64,000 bases of DNA, taken from the NCBI GenBank assembly GCA_046329875.1, contig JAXLTT010000005.1:64507-128506 (forward strand), in the 5' to 3' direction. The notes beneath the pieces were generated by a model. The model was not told the DNA's origin and searched no databases. It saw nothing but the letters and a program-made list of their open reading frames with translations. A program made the translations under genes and the position numbers. The DNA is from Bacteroidales bacterium. GTDB lineage: Bacteria > Bacteroidota > Bacteroidia > Bacteroidales > VadinHA17. Below are positions 17,637 through 26,501 of the stretch, one piece after another. Position 1 is the stretch's first letter, and every line of letters begins with the position of its first letter.

Positions 17637-18658
17637 ACTGTAACCTCCTGGATAGAAATTAAATGTTCTAGAATATTCATGTCAACCGGGCAACCCCTTG
17701 AGCAACGGCCACAACCAGTGCAGCCAAATACAGAAAGTCTTTCCGGCATATAAGAAAACTTGTGCATGATCCTTTGTCTCCACCTCTGCGACTGAACCTC
17801 GCGCGGGTTATGCCCCGATGTATGGAGTGTAAAGAGAGAAAAACCGCATGAATCCCAGGTCCTTACCCTTCTTCCTGCCTTACCATGCGATTCATCCTGT
17901 ATATCAAAACAGGCGCAGGTCGGACAGACATAGGCGCATGCGCCGCAGCCAATGCACCTGAGAGACTGCTTAAGCCATTCTTCGCTTTCAAAGAATTTAT
18001 CGAGTTTGTTCCTTATCTCTTCATGGTTGAATTTTACAGGAATCGATGCGAGGTAATTATCTTTTATCGCACCATTGTCCTTTTCGAAAATGTCGGGAAC
18101 AAGGTTCATTAATGCAATTCCCTTTTCTGATATTATCTCGGCAAGATAATCACCACCGGCTCCGAGCCTTGTCAGAAGGATATCACTTCCTTCGGTGTTG
18201 CCCGGGTTTCCGCCTACAGAAGTACAGAAACAGTACTCATCAGCTGTGCTGCAGCTGAAACTTATAAGAGTTGTTTTGTCAACCCTTGCATTATATATTT
18301 CGTCCTTTGTATCCCAGTTGAATATAGCCCCGAGTTCTCCTTTACCCATTGCATCACAGGGCCTGATTCCCCACACAACGGATTCCCTTATGACTTTCAT
18401 ATCGAACGGATTCACCTCAACTCCATCCTTGTTCTTTATATAACCGAGCACCTTCTCGGTTCTTGGGAATGAAACCTCTTTTGACGACTGTGTGGTCTGG
18501 ATATAGTCAGATGCAAGATCTGAGTATTCCTTTACAACCCTGAATGAGGTGATATTATTTCTTGTTACCGGGGCATAAACCTGCTTCCCGGCATTGACAA
18601 GTGCCTGGAAAAGTTTTGGAAGAGATTCTTTCCGGACGGATCTTCTTTCGATACTCAT
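17633..18658 (-). CDS. 4Fe-4S dicluster protein (FlxB-like / sulfhydrogenase beta / AsrA-like)
   Basis: CIGCGACAYVCPTCACFD and CTGCGRCSRGCP motifs. Confidence 0.75.
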   Translation of the reverse strand: MSIERRSVRKESLPKLFQALVNAGKQVYAPVTRNNITSFRVVKEYSDLASDYIQTTQSSKEVSFPRTEKVLGYIKNKDGVEVNPFDMKVIRESVVWGIRPCDAMGKGELGAIFNWDTKDEIYNARVDKTTLISFSCSTADEYCFCTSVGGNPGNTEGSDILLTRLGAGGDYLAEIISEKGIALMNLVPDIFEKDNGAIKDNYLASIPVKFNHEEIRNKLDKFFESEEWLKQSLRCIGCGACAYVCPTCACFDIQDESHGKAGRRVRTWDSCGFSLFTLHTSGHNPREVQSQRWRQRIMHKFSYMPERLSVFGCTGCGRCSRGCPVDMNILEHLISIQEVTV

Positions 18659-18661
18659 CTT

Positions 18662-19462
18662 TTATTTTATAAAGTTTTCCTTATCGTCTGGTTTAAAAGT
18701 TGACATCAGGTGATCGCCTGACAATACCGGCTGGTAGCCGCCGAAATGTTTTTTCGCATCCTCTATCATTCTCTTATTAAGGAGATTGAAAGGTATTCCA
18801 AGCGGGCAGGCATTGGAACATGAATCACAGTCGATGCATCTTCCGATCAGGTGAACAGCTCTCATTATATGCCATTCGAGGTTACCTGACGGAGTTGACG
18901 GAACCGGTATCCACTGGGGCTGGTTGAATTCAACTGTGCACCTGTGGCAATAGCACATCGGGCATGCTGCCCTGCAGGCATAGCATTTGAAGCAGGGTTC
19001 AAGTTCTTTAAGCCAGAACTGCCATCTTTCCTCAGTAGTCATTTTCTCGAGCTTTTCAAGCATGTCCCGGTTTTTCTGATCTATCTCGAGTTCGAACTGG
19101 TGAACATATTTTTCAATTTCGGAGAAGGATCCAAACTCAATTACCTTGCTGTCGGGAGTTATGCCTATAACCTTAAGTGTGGCTTCTGTAACCTGGTTTT
19201 CCCTGGCGAGCTGAATTATGCTTCTCATCACAGGGAGGGTTGCGGTAATGCCCATCACCCCGAGGTGTTTCACTTCATGCTTTGTAATATAGACGGCAAG
19301 GTTCTGAACACACCTGCTGTCGAAAATAAGCTTGTCTGTATCTTCGGGTGTCATTGCAAAGTGAGCTCTCGGCTGACCAGCCGTACCTTCACAATAACCT
19401 ATGAGTACCTTAACGGCACCTGATTTCAACAGCTCTTTCGCTTTGTTTCTCAGTTCATCCAT
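18662..19462 (-). CDS. 4Fe-4S cluster protein (FlxC-like)
   Basis: CFKCYACRAACPMCYC and CIDCDSCSNACP motifs. It sits between the MvhD-like and FlxB-like genes. Confidence 0.7.
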   Translation of the reverse strand: MDELRNKAKELLKSGAVKVLIGYCEGTAGQPRAHFAMTPEDTDKLIFDSRCVQNLAVYITKHEVKHLGVMGITATLPVMRSIIQLARENQVTEATLKVIGITPDSKVIEFGSFSEIEKYVHQFELEIDQKNRDMLEKLEKMTTEERWQFWLKELEPCFKCYACRAACPMCYCHRCTVEFNQPQWIPVPSTPSGNLEWHIMRAVHLIGRCIDCDSCSNACPLGIPFNLLNKRMIEDAKKHFGGYQPVLSGDHLMSTFKPDDKENFIK

Positions 19463-19904
19463 TGCTTTCAGCTGTTTGTGATTGATTGATCATCTGTTTA
19501 TAGTTGTTATAAGGACCCATCTTCCTGATCTCGGTTACAGTATTATTAACCACGTCGGCCCATTTGGCTCCCTCGGCTGCTGATACCCACGAGAATTTAA
19601 CACGGTTTATGTCAACTCCCATGAAGTCGCAAAGTTCCCTGAACATTATCCAGCGGCGCCTTGCATGGAAATTACCTGATGTATAGTGGCAGTCGTTTGG
19701 ATGGCAGCCTGAGACTATTATACCATCGGCTCCTTCGTCGAAAGCCTTCAGCAAAAGCATATAATCGATCCTTCCCGTACATGGGAATCTTATGATCCTT
19801 ACGTTTGATGCATACTTGATCCTGCTCGTACCTGTGAGGTCAGCACCAGCGTAGGTACACCAGTTACAGACGAAAGCGACGATCCTTGGTTCAAATTCAG
19901 CCAT
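19455..19904 (-). CDS. mvhD: methyl-viologen-reducing hydrogenase delta subunit-like protein (MvhD/FlxD)
   Basis: RIVAFVCNWCTYAGADLTG and FPCTGRID motifs typical of MvhD. Confidence 0.85.
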   Translation of the reverse strand: MAEFEPRIVAFVCNWCTYAGADLTGTSRIKYASNVRIIRFPCTGRIDYMLLLKAFDEGADGIIVSGCHPNDCHYTSGNFHARRRWIMFRELCDFMGVDINRVKFSWVSAAEGAKWADVVNNTVTEIRKMGPYNNYKQMINQSQTAESNG

Positions 19905-19916
19905 ATATAAAATACA

Positions 19917-21920
19917 TTAATATTCGTTCAATAATGCCATTACTTCAGAGTACACCTGGTCGTGTGTATAACCCTGTATGTCTATAGCCTTGGTCCTGCA
20001 GAATGCCACGCAGGTTCCGCAGCCCTGGCAAAGACCCGGGTTGACCCTTGCAAGTTTCTTTATTGTCTCACCGTTCCTGTTTTTAATCTCCTCCCATTCT
20101 ATTGCCTGGTACGGGCAGGTTGAGAGGCATAATCCGCAGCCCACGCAAATTGAATATACAGGGGCCGGCTGCCTGTTAACCACAGCAATCAGCGGTTCCC
20201 TTGTAAGCTCATTCTGTGAGAATAATGCGGCCACCTTAACGGCTGCACCTGATGCCATTGCGACTGATTCAGGGATATCTTTAGGAGCCTGGCAGGCACC
20301 GGCAAGAAAGATACCAGCTGTGTTTGTTTCAACCGGTTTCAGTTTTGGATGGGCCTCGGCGAAGAAATGGTATGAGTCGTATGAACAGTGAAGTTTCTGT
20401 GCAAGTGATTCTGAGCCCTCGTTGGCCACTCCTGCTGTAGCGAGTACTACCATGTCAGCCTCAATATCCACAGGCATTGCCCCCAGAAGTGTATCGGCAC
20501 CTTTTACTATAAGTTTGCCGTTCTTTTCATATATCCTTGAAACCCTTCCTCTTACATAATTTACTCCATCATCCTCAATAGCCCTTCTCACGAACTCCTC
20601 GTACATCTTCCCTCCTGCCCTTATATCCATGTAGAACACGTAAGATTTGCCGCCGTGTACCTTATGCTGGTAAAGCATTGCGTGCTTGGCTGTGTACATG
20701 CAGCAGATCTTTGAGCAATAAGGAATTCCTTTTGCCGGATCTCTTGAACCTGCACATGCAATGAAAACTATCTTTTCAGGGACTTTGCCATCGGAAGGAC
20801 GTTTAATCTCACCAAGGGTTGGTCCTGATGCTGATGCCAGCCTCTCAAACTGCAGACCTGTAATAACATCCGGATATTTACCGAAACCATATTCAGGGAA
20901 GAAGTCGGGCTGTTTGACTGTAAAGCCTGTAGCGAGGACTATTGCGCCGATTTCATGTTCTACAATTTCGTCGGCCTGGTCGAACCTGATAGCCTTTGTA
21001 GGGCATACAATTTCACAGACCTTACATTTTCCTTTAATATAATAGGTGCAATGTTTCCTGTCAATTACCGGTTTGTTTGGAACAGCCTGTGGGAAAGGCA
21101 CATAGATTGCAGGACGGAATCCAAGTCCTTCATTGAACTCGCTTGGTATCTTCTTAACCGGGCATTTTGTTGTGCAGAGCCCGCATCCTGTACAGAGTTT
21201 TTCATCAAGGCTCTTTGATTTCTTCCTGATCTTCGCCTTGAAATTACCTATAAAGCCTTCGAGGCTTTCGAGTTCGGCGTATGTGTAAAGCGTGATATTC
21301 GGATGCTGGGCAACCTCAACCATCCTTGGAGTGAGGATACACTGTGAACAGTCGAGTGTCGGGAAGGTCTCCGAGAGCTGTGACATATGGCCGCCTATTG
21401 AAGGTTCCTTTTCGACGAGGATCACCTTATGGCCTGTGTTTGCTATATCAAGGCTTGCCTGGATCCCGGCAATTCCTCCGCCAATAACAAGTGCTGTTTT
21501 TGTTACAGGTACCTTTATTGCATTCAGCGAAGTATTCTTCTTTACTTTTTCAACAAGTACTCTTACAAGATCGGTAGCCTTGTCGGTTGTGGGTTCACCC
21601 TTTTCATGCACCCATGAACAGTGTTCCCTGAGGTTTGCCATTTCGCACAGGTAAGGATTAAGCCCGGCTTCAGCACATGCTTTCCTGAAAGTCGGCTCGT
21701 GCATCCTCGGCGAACATGCAGCTACAACAACCCCGGTAAGGCCCTTCTCAGCTATGGCAGCCTTGATAAGACTCTGACCCGGATCGGAGCACATGTATTT
21801 ATAATCAACACTATGCACAACACCATCGTACTTTCCGGCGGCCTCGGCAACCTTTTCGCAGTCGACTGTGGCACTTATGTTCTCCCCGCAATGGCAGACA
21901 AATACTCCAATTTTTGACAT
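19917..21920 (-). CDS. hdrA: heterodisulfide reductase subunit A-like flavoprotein
   Basis: N-terminal IGVFVCHCGENIS, FAD dinucleotide motif ALVIGGGIAGIQASLD, and several CxxCxxCxxxCP ferredoxin motifs (CTGCGLCTTKCP, CVGCGLCLSTCP, CQGCGTCVAFC). Confidence 0.9.
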   Translation of the reverse strand: MSKIGVFVCHCGENISATVDCEKVAEAAGKYDGVVHSVDYKYMCSDPGQSLIKAAIAEKGLTGVVVAACSPRMHEPTFRKACAEAGLNPYLCEMANLREHCSWVHEKGEPTTDKATDLVRVLVEKVKKNTSLNAIKVPVTKTALVIGGGIAGIQASLDIANTGHKVILVEKEPSIGGHMSQLSETFPTLDCSQCILTPRMVEVAQHPNITLYTYAELESLEGFIGNFKAKIRKKSKSLDEKLCTGCGLCTTKCPVKKIPSEFNEGLGFRPAIYVPFPQAVPNKPVIDRKHCTYYIKGKCKVCEIVCPTKAIRFDQADEIVEHEIGAIVLATGFTVKQPDFFPEYGFGKYPDVITGLQFERLASASGPTLGEIKRPSDGKVPEKIVFIACAGSRDPAKGIPYCSKICCMYTAKHAMLYQHKVHGGKSYVFYMDIRAGGKMYEEFVRRAIEDDGVNYVRGRVSRIYEKNGKLIVKGADTLLGAMPVDIEADMVVLATAGVANEGSESLAQKLHCSYDSYHFFAEAHPKLKPVETNTAGIFLAGACQAPKDIPESVAMASGAAVKVAALFSQNELTREPLIAVVNRQPAPVYSICVGCGLCLSTCPYQAIEWEEIKNRNGETIKKLARVNPGLCQGCGTCVAFCRTKAIDIQGYTHDQVYSEVMALLNEY

Positions 21921-21941
21921 ATGGGTTTAATTATCCGTTTA

Positions 21942-22787
21942 CTATTGAATTTTTACAGGTACAAAATGACGCTGGAGACCAAGGGCTTTTTTATCAAGTC
22001 CCATGGCCAGTCCTACAACCTGGGACACGTACAGTACAGGCACATCAATCTTTTCACCCAGGTAATCATTAATTGCCCCGCGACGCATATCAAGATTCGA
22101 GTGACACATCGGGCAGGCAACAATAAGAGCCTCTGCACCCCTGTCAACAGCATCTTTAACTATCTCACCCGACAACCTTCCAACAGAACTTGTACGGGAT
22201 ACAGAGAGACCTGCTCCGCAGCATTCTGTTTTGAAAGCCCAGTCCACTGGTGTAGCCCCGGCTTTGAGGCAGAGTTCGTCCATTGTCTGGGGATCCTCTT
22301 CCCTGTCGAACTGGAGAATAGCGTGAGGTCTTACAAGCAGGCAGCCGTAATAGCATGCCACCTTATGATCGAATGGTTTTGTGATCTTCCCTTCAAGGTT
22401 CGGAAGAATGTATTTCTCAAGGAACTGGATAATATTTATTATCTCAACAGATCCTGTATATTCCATTTTATTTTCTTTAACAACAGCCTCGCCAAGGTGA
22501 GGATGTGCTGCAAGCTCATGCTTTGTTACCTTAAGCCTGCTGTAGCATGCTGCACATGGTACAAGCACTTCCTTCAGGCCCTGTTTTTCAGCAAGGGAAA
22601 GTATTCTTGCCGGAAGCGCAAGCGAAAGGTTTTTATTAAGGTTATGAGCCGCTGTTGCTCCGCAGCAGTTCCAGTCCTCTATCTCGATGGTCTGCACCCC
22701 GCAGGCTTCTGCAACTGCAAGTACAGATTCTGTGTACTCGCGTGATGAGCCTTTGAGTGAACAACCTGGATATAATCCTATGGTCAT
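21942..22787 (-). CDS. hdrB: heterodisulfide reductase subunit B-like protein (two CCG domains)
   Basis: CCG motifs WNCCGATAAH and TECCGAGLS. The likely start MTIGLYPGCSLKG (ATG 22787) lies 1 nt after the hdrC stop; the ORF track extends to 22826. Confidence 0.85.
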   Translation of the reverse strand: MTIGLYPGCSLKGSSREYTESVLAVAEACGVQTIEIEDWNCCGATAAHNLNKNLSLALPARILSLAEKQGLKEVLVPCAACYSRLKVTKHELAAHPHLGEAVVKENKMEYTGSVEIINIIQFLEKYILPNLEGKITKPFDHKVACYYGCLLVRPHAILQFDREEDPQTMDELCLKAGATPVDWAFKTECCGAGLSVSRTSSVGRLSGEIVKDAVDRGAEALIVACPMCHSNLDMRRGAINDYLGEKIDVPVLYVSQVVGLAMGLDKKALGLQRHFVPVKIQ

Positions 22788-22788
22788 A

Positions 22789-23355
22789 TTATTTCCTGTT
22801 TTTCGATTTTTTAAATATTGATGCAACAGCCGACCTGTCCCTTATCATCTCGGGGAAGATATTGAGTTTGCCCCTTACAAGCATTTTGGGTGCCAGTATC
22901 ATGTCCTGCATAAGCTTGAGGGTTCTTGCCTTATAGTCTACAAGTAGTCCTATCTCGTAGAGTCTTCCTGTAAGCTTAATAGAGTTGAGGAATGATTTAT
23001 GGAATGCGAGTATTTTTTTTGCATCGGGATGTACTTTCTTCTCGGCTAGAGATTTCTGCCTCAGGAAATCCATCATCTGGGGAATGTCAATGCTCATCGG
23101 GCACCTTGCGTAGCACATCTCGCAGGTAAGGCATACCCATATAGAGAATGACCTTAGTACTTTCTCCTCCAGTTCAGGGTCTCCTGTCTGCAGCATCCTC
23201 ATAATATAACTGGGCGGATAATCCATTTCGCCCGACAAGGGACAACCTGCAGAACACTTACCGCACTGGTAGCATTTGCTTACTGCAACGCCTGTATTAC
23301 CAAGCACCTCTCCTGGCAGTCCGGGTAACGTTGCATGATGTGTTTCTGAGCTCAT
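22789..23355 (-). CDS. hdrC: heterodisulfide reductase subunit C-like 4Fe-4S protein
   Basis: CYQCGKCSAGCP and CLTCEMCYARCP motifs. It is the first gene of the minus-strand operon. Confidence 0.85.
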   Translation of the reverse strand: MSSETHHATLPGLPGEVLGNTGVAVSKCYQCGKCSAGCPLSGEMDYPPSYIMRMLQTGDPELEEKVLRSFSIWVCLTCEMCYARCPMSIDIPQMMDFLRQKSLAEKKVHPDAKKILAFHKSFLNSIKLTGRLYEIGLLVDYKARTLKLMQDMILAPKMLVRGKLNIFPEMIRDRSAVASIFKKSKNRK

Positions 23356-23392
23356 ATTCTGATCTTAATTTAACCTTCTGTTAATTGACTAA

Positions 23393-23400
23393 CAAAAGTA
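23393..23400 (-). promoter_or_regulatory. Bacteroidota-type -7 box (TACTTTTG) for the hdrC operon
   Basis: Plus-strand CAAAAGTA is the reverse complement of TACTTTTG. It lies 37 nt upstream of ATG 23355. Confidence 0.45.
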
Positions 23401-23612
23401 GTTTAAATATTTTCATGTAGTGTGCAATGAAAGACAGCTTATTCTTGAACAAAAAAAATATCAGTGTTGAAAATTTGTTTATTTATTTTCAGACAATATT
23501 TTATATAATTCAGTTATTCAATTGGTTAACCGCTGTTTTGCAATCATTGCACAAAGAACTAAAAAGACTGTTTTTTGCCATGATTTTTGATGATTCTTGT
23601 CAGTTCAATGAT

Positions 23613-23624
23613 TGACATATGTCA
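23613..23624. promoter_or_regulatory. perfect 12-bp palindrome TGACATATGTCA (candidate operator)
   Basis: Self-complementary sequence in the middle of the 528-bp divergent intergenic region. Confidence 0.3.
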
Positions 23625-23786
23625 TTATTCTGCTCCCATTTCGGTGTCATCCGGACGATGCAAAAAGCCTGCTGAGATTCATAATTTATTGATTCAATTT
23701 TATTTATCATTTTTACTGCATGTATGATGACTGACAGTATTGAAAATCCTTATCTTCACTTACTGTTTAATACCTGTAAAAATTGA

Positions 23787-23802
23787 TGTGATATATATCA
23801 CT
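23787..23802. promoter_or_regulatory. CRP/FNR-family-like site TGTGA-N6-TCACT (core GTGATATATATCAC is a perfect palindrome)
   Basis: Matches TGTGAN6TCACA at 9 of 10 positions. Its centre lies about 50 nt upstream of the nuoA -7 box. Confidence 0.35.
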
Positions 23803-23844
23803 CCATTGATCTGTTACAGATTTCACAATCCAGAAATATTATCC

Positions 23845-23852
23845 TATTTTTG
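23845..23852 (+). promoter_or_regulatory. Bacteroidota-type -7 box (TATTTTTG) for nuoA
   Basis: Matches TAnnTTTG, 30 nt upstream of ATG 23883. Confidence 0.5.
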
Positions 23853-23882
23853 TGCCACTTTGAAAAATAAACCTGTCAGAAT

Positions 23883-24233
23883 ATGAGTAATGAATGGCTA
23901 GTTCTTTTCTTCCTGGTAGGAGCAATATTTGTAGGGGCTGTTCTTGTATTTTCCGGCCTCGTATCGCCAAAATCCACCAACCCGGTAAAGTATGATCCTT
24001 ATGAATGTGGTATCCCCACAAAGGGAGTCACATGGCTTCAGTTCAACGTAGGTTATTACCTGTTTGCCATCCTCTTTCTTGTTTTCGATGTCGAGACAGT
24101 CCTTGTATTTCCCTGGGCTGTTGTAATGAAAGAAATCGGAATGGTGGCTTTTGTTGAAATACTGATCTTCTTTGTTATCCTGGGTCTCGGGCTGCTCTAT
24201 GCCTGGAAAAAACACGCTCTTGTATGGGAATAA
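23883..24233 (+). CDS. nuoA: NADH-quinone oxidoreductase subunit A
   Basis: 116 aa with three TM helices and the YECGIP motif. It is the first gene of the nuo operon. Confidence 0.9.
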   Translation: MSNEWLVLFFLVGAIFVGAVLVFSGLVSPKSTNPVKYDPYECGIPTKGVTWLQFNVGYYLFAILFLVFDVETVLVFPWAVVMKEIGMVAFVEILIFFVILGLGLLYAWKKHALVWE

Positions 24234-24784
24234 AAGGAATGAAAAAGGAAGAATTCAAGGACAATGAATCCCTTGAGCTTCTTAAACAATCGGGAACAAA
24301 CGTTCTGTTAACAACAATAGATGACGTTATTAACTGGGGAAGAAAGAATTCCCTCTGGCCTCTGACTTTCGCGACAAGCTGTTGCGGAATCGAAATGATG
24401 GCGACCGGCGCACCGCGTCACGACTTCGCCAGGTTCGGAATGGAGGTCTATCGTGCCAGCCCCAGGCAGGCCGATGTTATTGTAGTTGCAGGTACCATAG
24501 TAAATAAGATGGCTCCTGTGCTGAAACGTCTTTACGACCAGATGTCTGAACCCAAGTATGTAATTGCAATGGGTGCCTGCGCGATTTCAGGAGGCCCGTT
24601 CTTCCTCAATTCGTACAGCGTAATAAAAGGTGTTGAGCATGTGATACCTGTTGATGTATATGTTCCGGGTTGCCCTCCCCGTCCTGAAGCTCTTCTTTAT
24701 GGAATGCTTCAGCTGCAAAGGCTGATCGAAACTGAAGATATCAAGTCTCGCAGGGCACGGAGCTCAGCACATAATTCAAAGTAA
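24224..24784 (+). CDS. nuoB: NADH-quinone oxidoreductase subunit B
   Basis: N2-cluster ligand motifs SCCGIEMM and GCPPRPE. An alternative start lies at 24239. Confidence 0.92.
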   Translation: MGIKGMKKEEFKDNESLELLKQSGTNVLLTTIDDVINWGRKNSLWPLTFATSCCGIEMMATGAPRHDFARFGMEVYRASPRQADVIVVAGTIVNKMAPVLKRLYDQMSEPKYVIAMGACAISGGPFFLNSYSVIKGVEHVIPVDVYVPGCPPRPEALLYGMLQLQRLIETEDIKSRRARSSAHNSK

Positions 24785-24806
24785 ATCTCCAGAAACATTT
24801 TGATAT

Positions 24807-25262
24807 ATGGATAAGAAACAACTTTGTGACTTTGTAAAAGCACTCAACCCTGACGCTGAAGTAAAGGAAGGGAGACAGTATGCTGAAGTCACAGTAGCAG
24901 CCGGATCCTTTCATTCACTGGCAAAAGAACTAAGGGAAAACAAGGAGACTCACTTTGATTACCTTGTCAGCCTTAGCGGGGTTGACTATGGAACTGAACT
25001 GGGAGTTGTCTGCCATCTTAATTCAACGAAATACGGGCATATGCTTGTACTGAAGACAAGGGCAGCCGGACGCGAAAATCCTGTACTCGACAGCCTCACC
25101 GATATATGGGCAACAGCCGAGTACCACGAAAGGGAAGTTTATGATCTCCTTGGAATAAAGTTCAATAACCATCCCGACCTGAGGAGGCTTTTCCTCGACA
25201 GTTCATGGGGTTATCCATTGAGAAAAGACTATGTTGATGATATTAATATTGTCAGTAAATAA
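24807..25262 (+). CDS. nuoC: NADH-quinone oxidoreductase subunit C
   Basis: AEYHEREVYDLLGIKFNNHPDLRRL motif. Confidence 0.9.
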   Translation: MDKKQLCDFVKALNPDAEVKEGRQYAEVTVAAGSFHSLAKELRENKETHFDYLVSLSGVDYGTELGVVCHLNSTKYGHMLVLKTRAAGRENPVLDSLTDIWATAEYHEREVYDLLGIKFNNHPDLRRLFLDSSWGYPLRKDYVDDINIVSK

Positions 25263-25264
25263 TT

Positions 25265-26389
25265 ATGGAAGATATTAAAAGAGATACCATAATCGACGAA
25301 CAGGAGGAGTATGTAATAAACATGGGCCCCCAGCATCCGTCGACACACGGAGTACTAAGGCTCGTGGTATCGCTGAAAGGTGAGATAGTAAAGAATGTTC
25401 AGCCGCATATAGGCTACATTCACAGGGGTATTGAAAAGATGTGCGAAAGCATTACCTATCCCCAGATTATTCACCTTACAGACAGGATGGACTACCTGTC
25501 AGCGAATATTAACAATGAGGCAGTGTCTCTCTGCGTTGAAAAAGCTCTTGATGTTGAAATACCCGACAGGATAAAGATCATCAGGACGATACTCGCCGAA
25601 CTTACAAGGATTCAGTCTCACCAGCTTTTCTGGTCATCATTCGGTATGGATCTCGGCGGTCTTACCTGCTTCTTTTACGGGCTTCGCGACCGCGAAAAAA
25701 TCCTGGATATTTTTGAGGAGACCACCGGTGGCAGGATGATAAACAGCTACAACTGCCCGGGAGGATTTATGTATGATATCCATCCGAATTTCCAGAAGAA
25801 GGTAAAAGAGTTCATAAAGTACTTCAGGAAAGTTCTTCCCGAATACGATGCGGTTCTTACAGGAAACGTTATTTTCCGTGAAAGGACAATGGATATAGGC
25901 ATCCTTTCACTTGAGGATGCAATTTCCTATGGTGTAACGGGTCCATCCGGCAGAGCTTCAGGATTTTCATGCGATGTAAGAAAGCACGATCCTTACAGTG
26001 CATATCACATGGTAAAATTCAATGAGATTACATATACAAAAGGCGATACCTACCACAGGTACCTTGCAAGGATTGAGGAGATGAAAGAGTCGATGAATAT
26101 AATCGAACAGCTCATTGACAATATTCCTGAAGGCCCATATGCAGTTAAAATGAAACCGGTTATCAAACTGCCGGAGGGTGAATACTTCCAGCGTGTTGAG
26201 ACTGCAAGGGGTGAACTTGATGTATATATAGTAAGCGACGGTAACAAGAATCCTTACAGGATAAAGTTCAGAACACCAAGTTTCGTTAACCTTGGAGTAA
26301 TGAATCATATATCAAAGGATTTCAAAATTGCTGACCTTGTTGCCATAAGCGGTTCACTCGACCTTGTGATTCCTGATATTGACAGGTAA
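25265..26389 (+). CDS. nuoD: NADH-quinone oxidoreductase subunit D
   Basis: NMGPQHPSTHGVLRL and HRGIEK motifs. Confidence 0.92.
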   Translation: MEDIKRDTIIDEQEEYVINMGPQHPSTHGVLRLVVSLKGEIVKNVQPHIGYIHRGIEKMCESITYPQIIHLTDRMDYLSANINNEAVSLCVEKALDVEIPDRIKIIRTILAELTRIQSHQLFWSSFGMDLGGLTCFFYGLRDREKILDIFEETTGGRMINSYNCPGGFMYDIHPNFQKKVKEFIKYFRKVLPEYDAVLTGNVIFRERTMDIGILSLEDAISYGVTGPSGRASGFSCDVRKHDPYSAYHMVKFNEITYTKGDTYHRYLARIEEMKESMNIIEQLIDNIPEGPYAVKMKPVIKLPEGEYFQRVETARGELDVYIVSDGNKNPYRIKFRTPSFVNLGVMNHISKDFKIADLVAISGSLDLVIPDIDR

Positions 26390-26394
26390 AACAA

Positions 26395-26495
26395 GGCGAA
26401 AGGCGAAAGGCAAAAGGCAGAAGGCTGAGGGGGAAGGCAGAAGGAAGAAGTAGAATACAAAACAACGAAATAACAGAATAACGAAATAACAACTA
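26395..26495 (+). repeat. purine-rich tandem repeats in the nuoD-nuoH spacer: GGCRAAA-like 7-mers (about 8 copies) then AACRAAAT-like 8-mers (4 copies)
   Basis: ggcgaaa ggcgaaa ggcaaaa ggcagaa ggctgag ggggaa ggcagaa ggaagaa (26395-26449), then aacgaaat aacagaat aacgaaat aacaacta (26464-26495). Confidence 0.8.
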
Positions 26496-26501
26496 CAAGT
26501 T

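Noticed and set aside
21921-22745. 274-aa plus-strand ORF spanning almost the whole hdrB locus.
   Set aside because: It is antisense to a gene with clear HdrB CCG motifs. Its translation is Cys/Phe/Leu-rich with no recognisable motif. Long antisense ORFs are expected opposite genes with this codon usage.
23427-23615. 62-aa ORF in the hdr-nuo divergent spacer.
   Set aside because: The segment is very AT-rich with an Ile/Phe/Asn-biased translation, and I saw no TAnnTTTG box in the short stretch between the hdrC promoter box and its ATG. It was kept only as part of the regulatory-region finding.
26390-26501. Possibility that the missing nuoEFG reflects an assembly gap or a recent deletion.
   Set aside because: The flanking nuoD and nuoH are intact with normal ends. 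An 11-subunit nuo operon without EFG is the established state in Bacteroides-type genomes, and no gene remnants are visible in the spacer.
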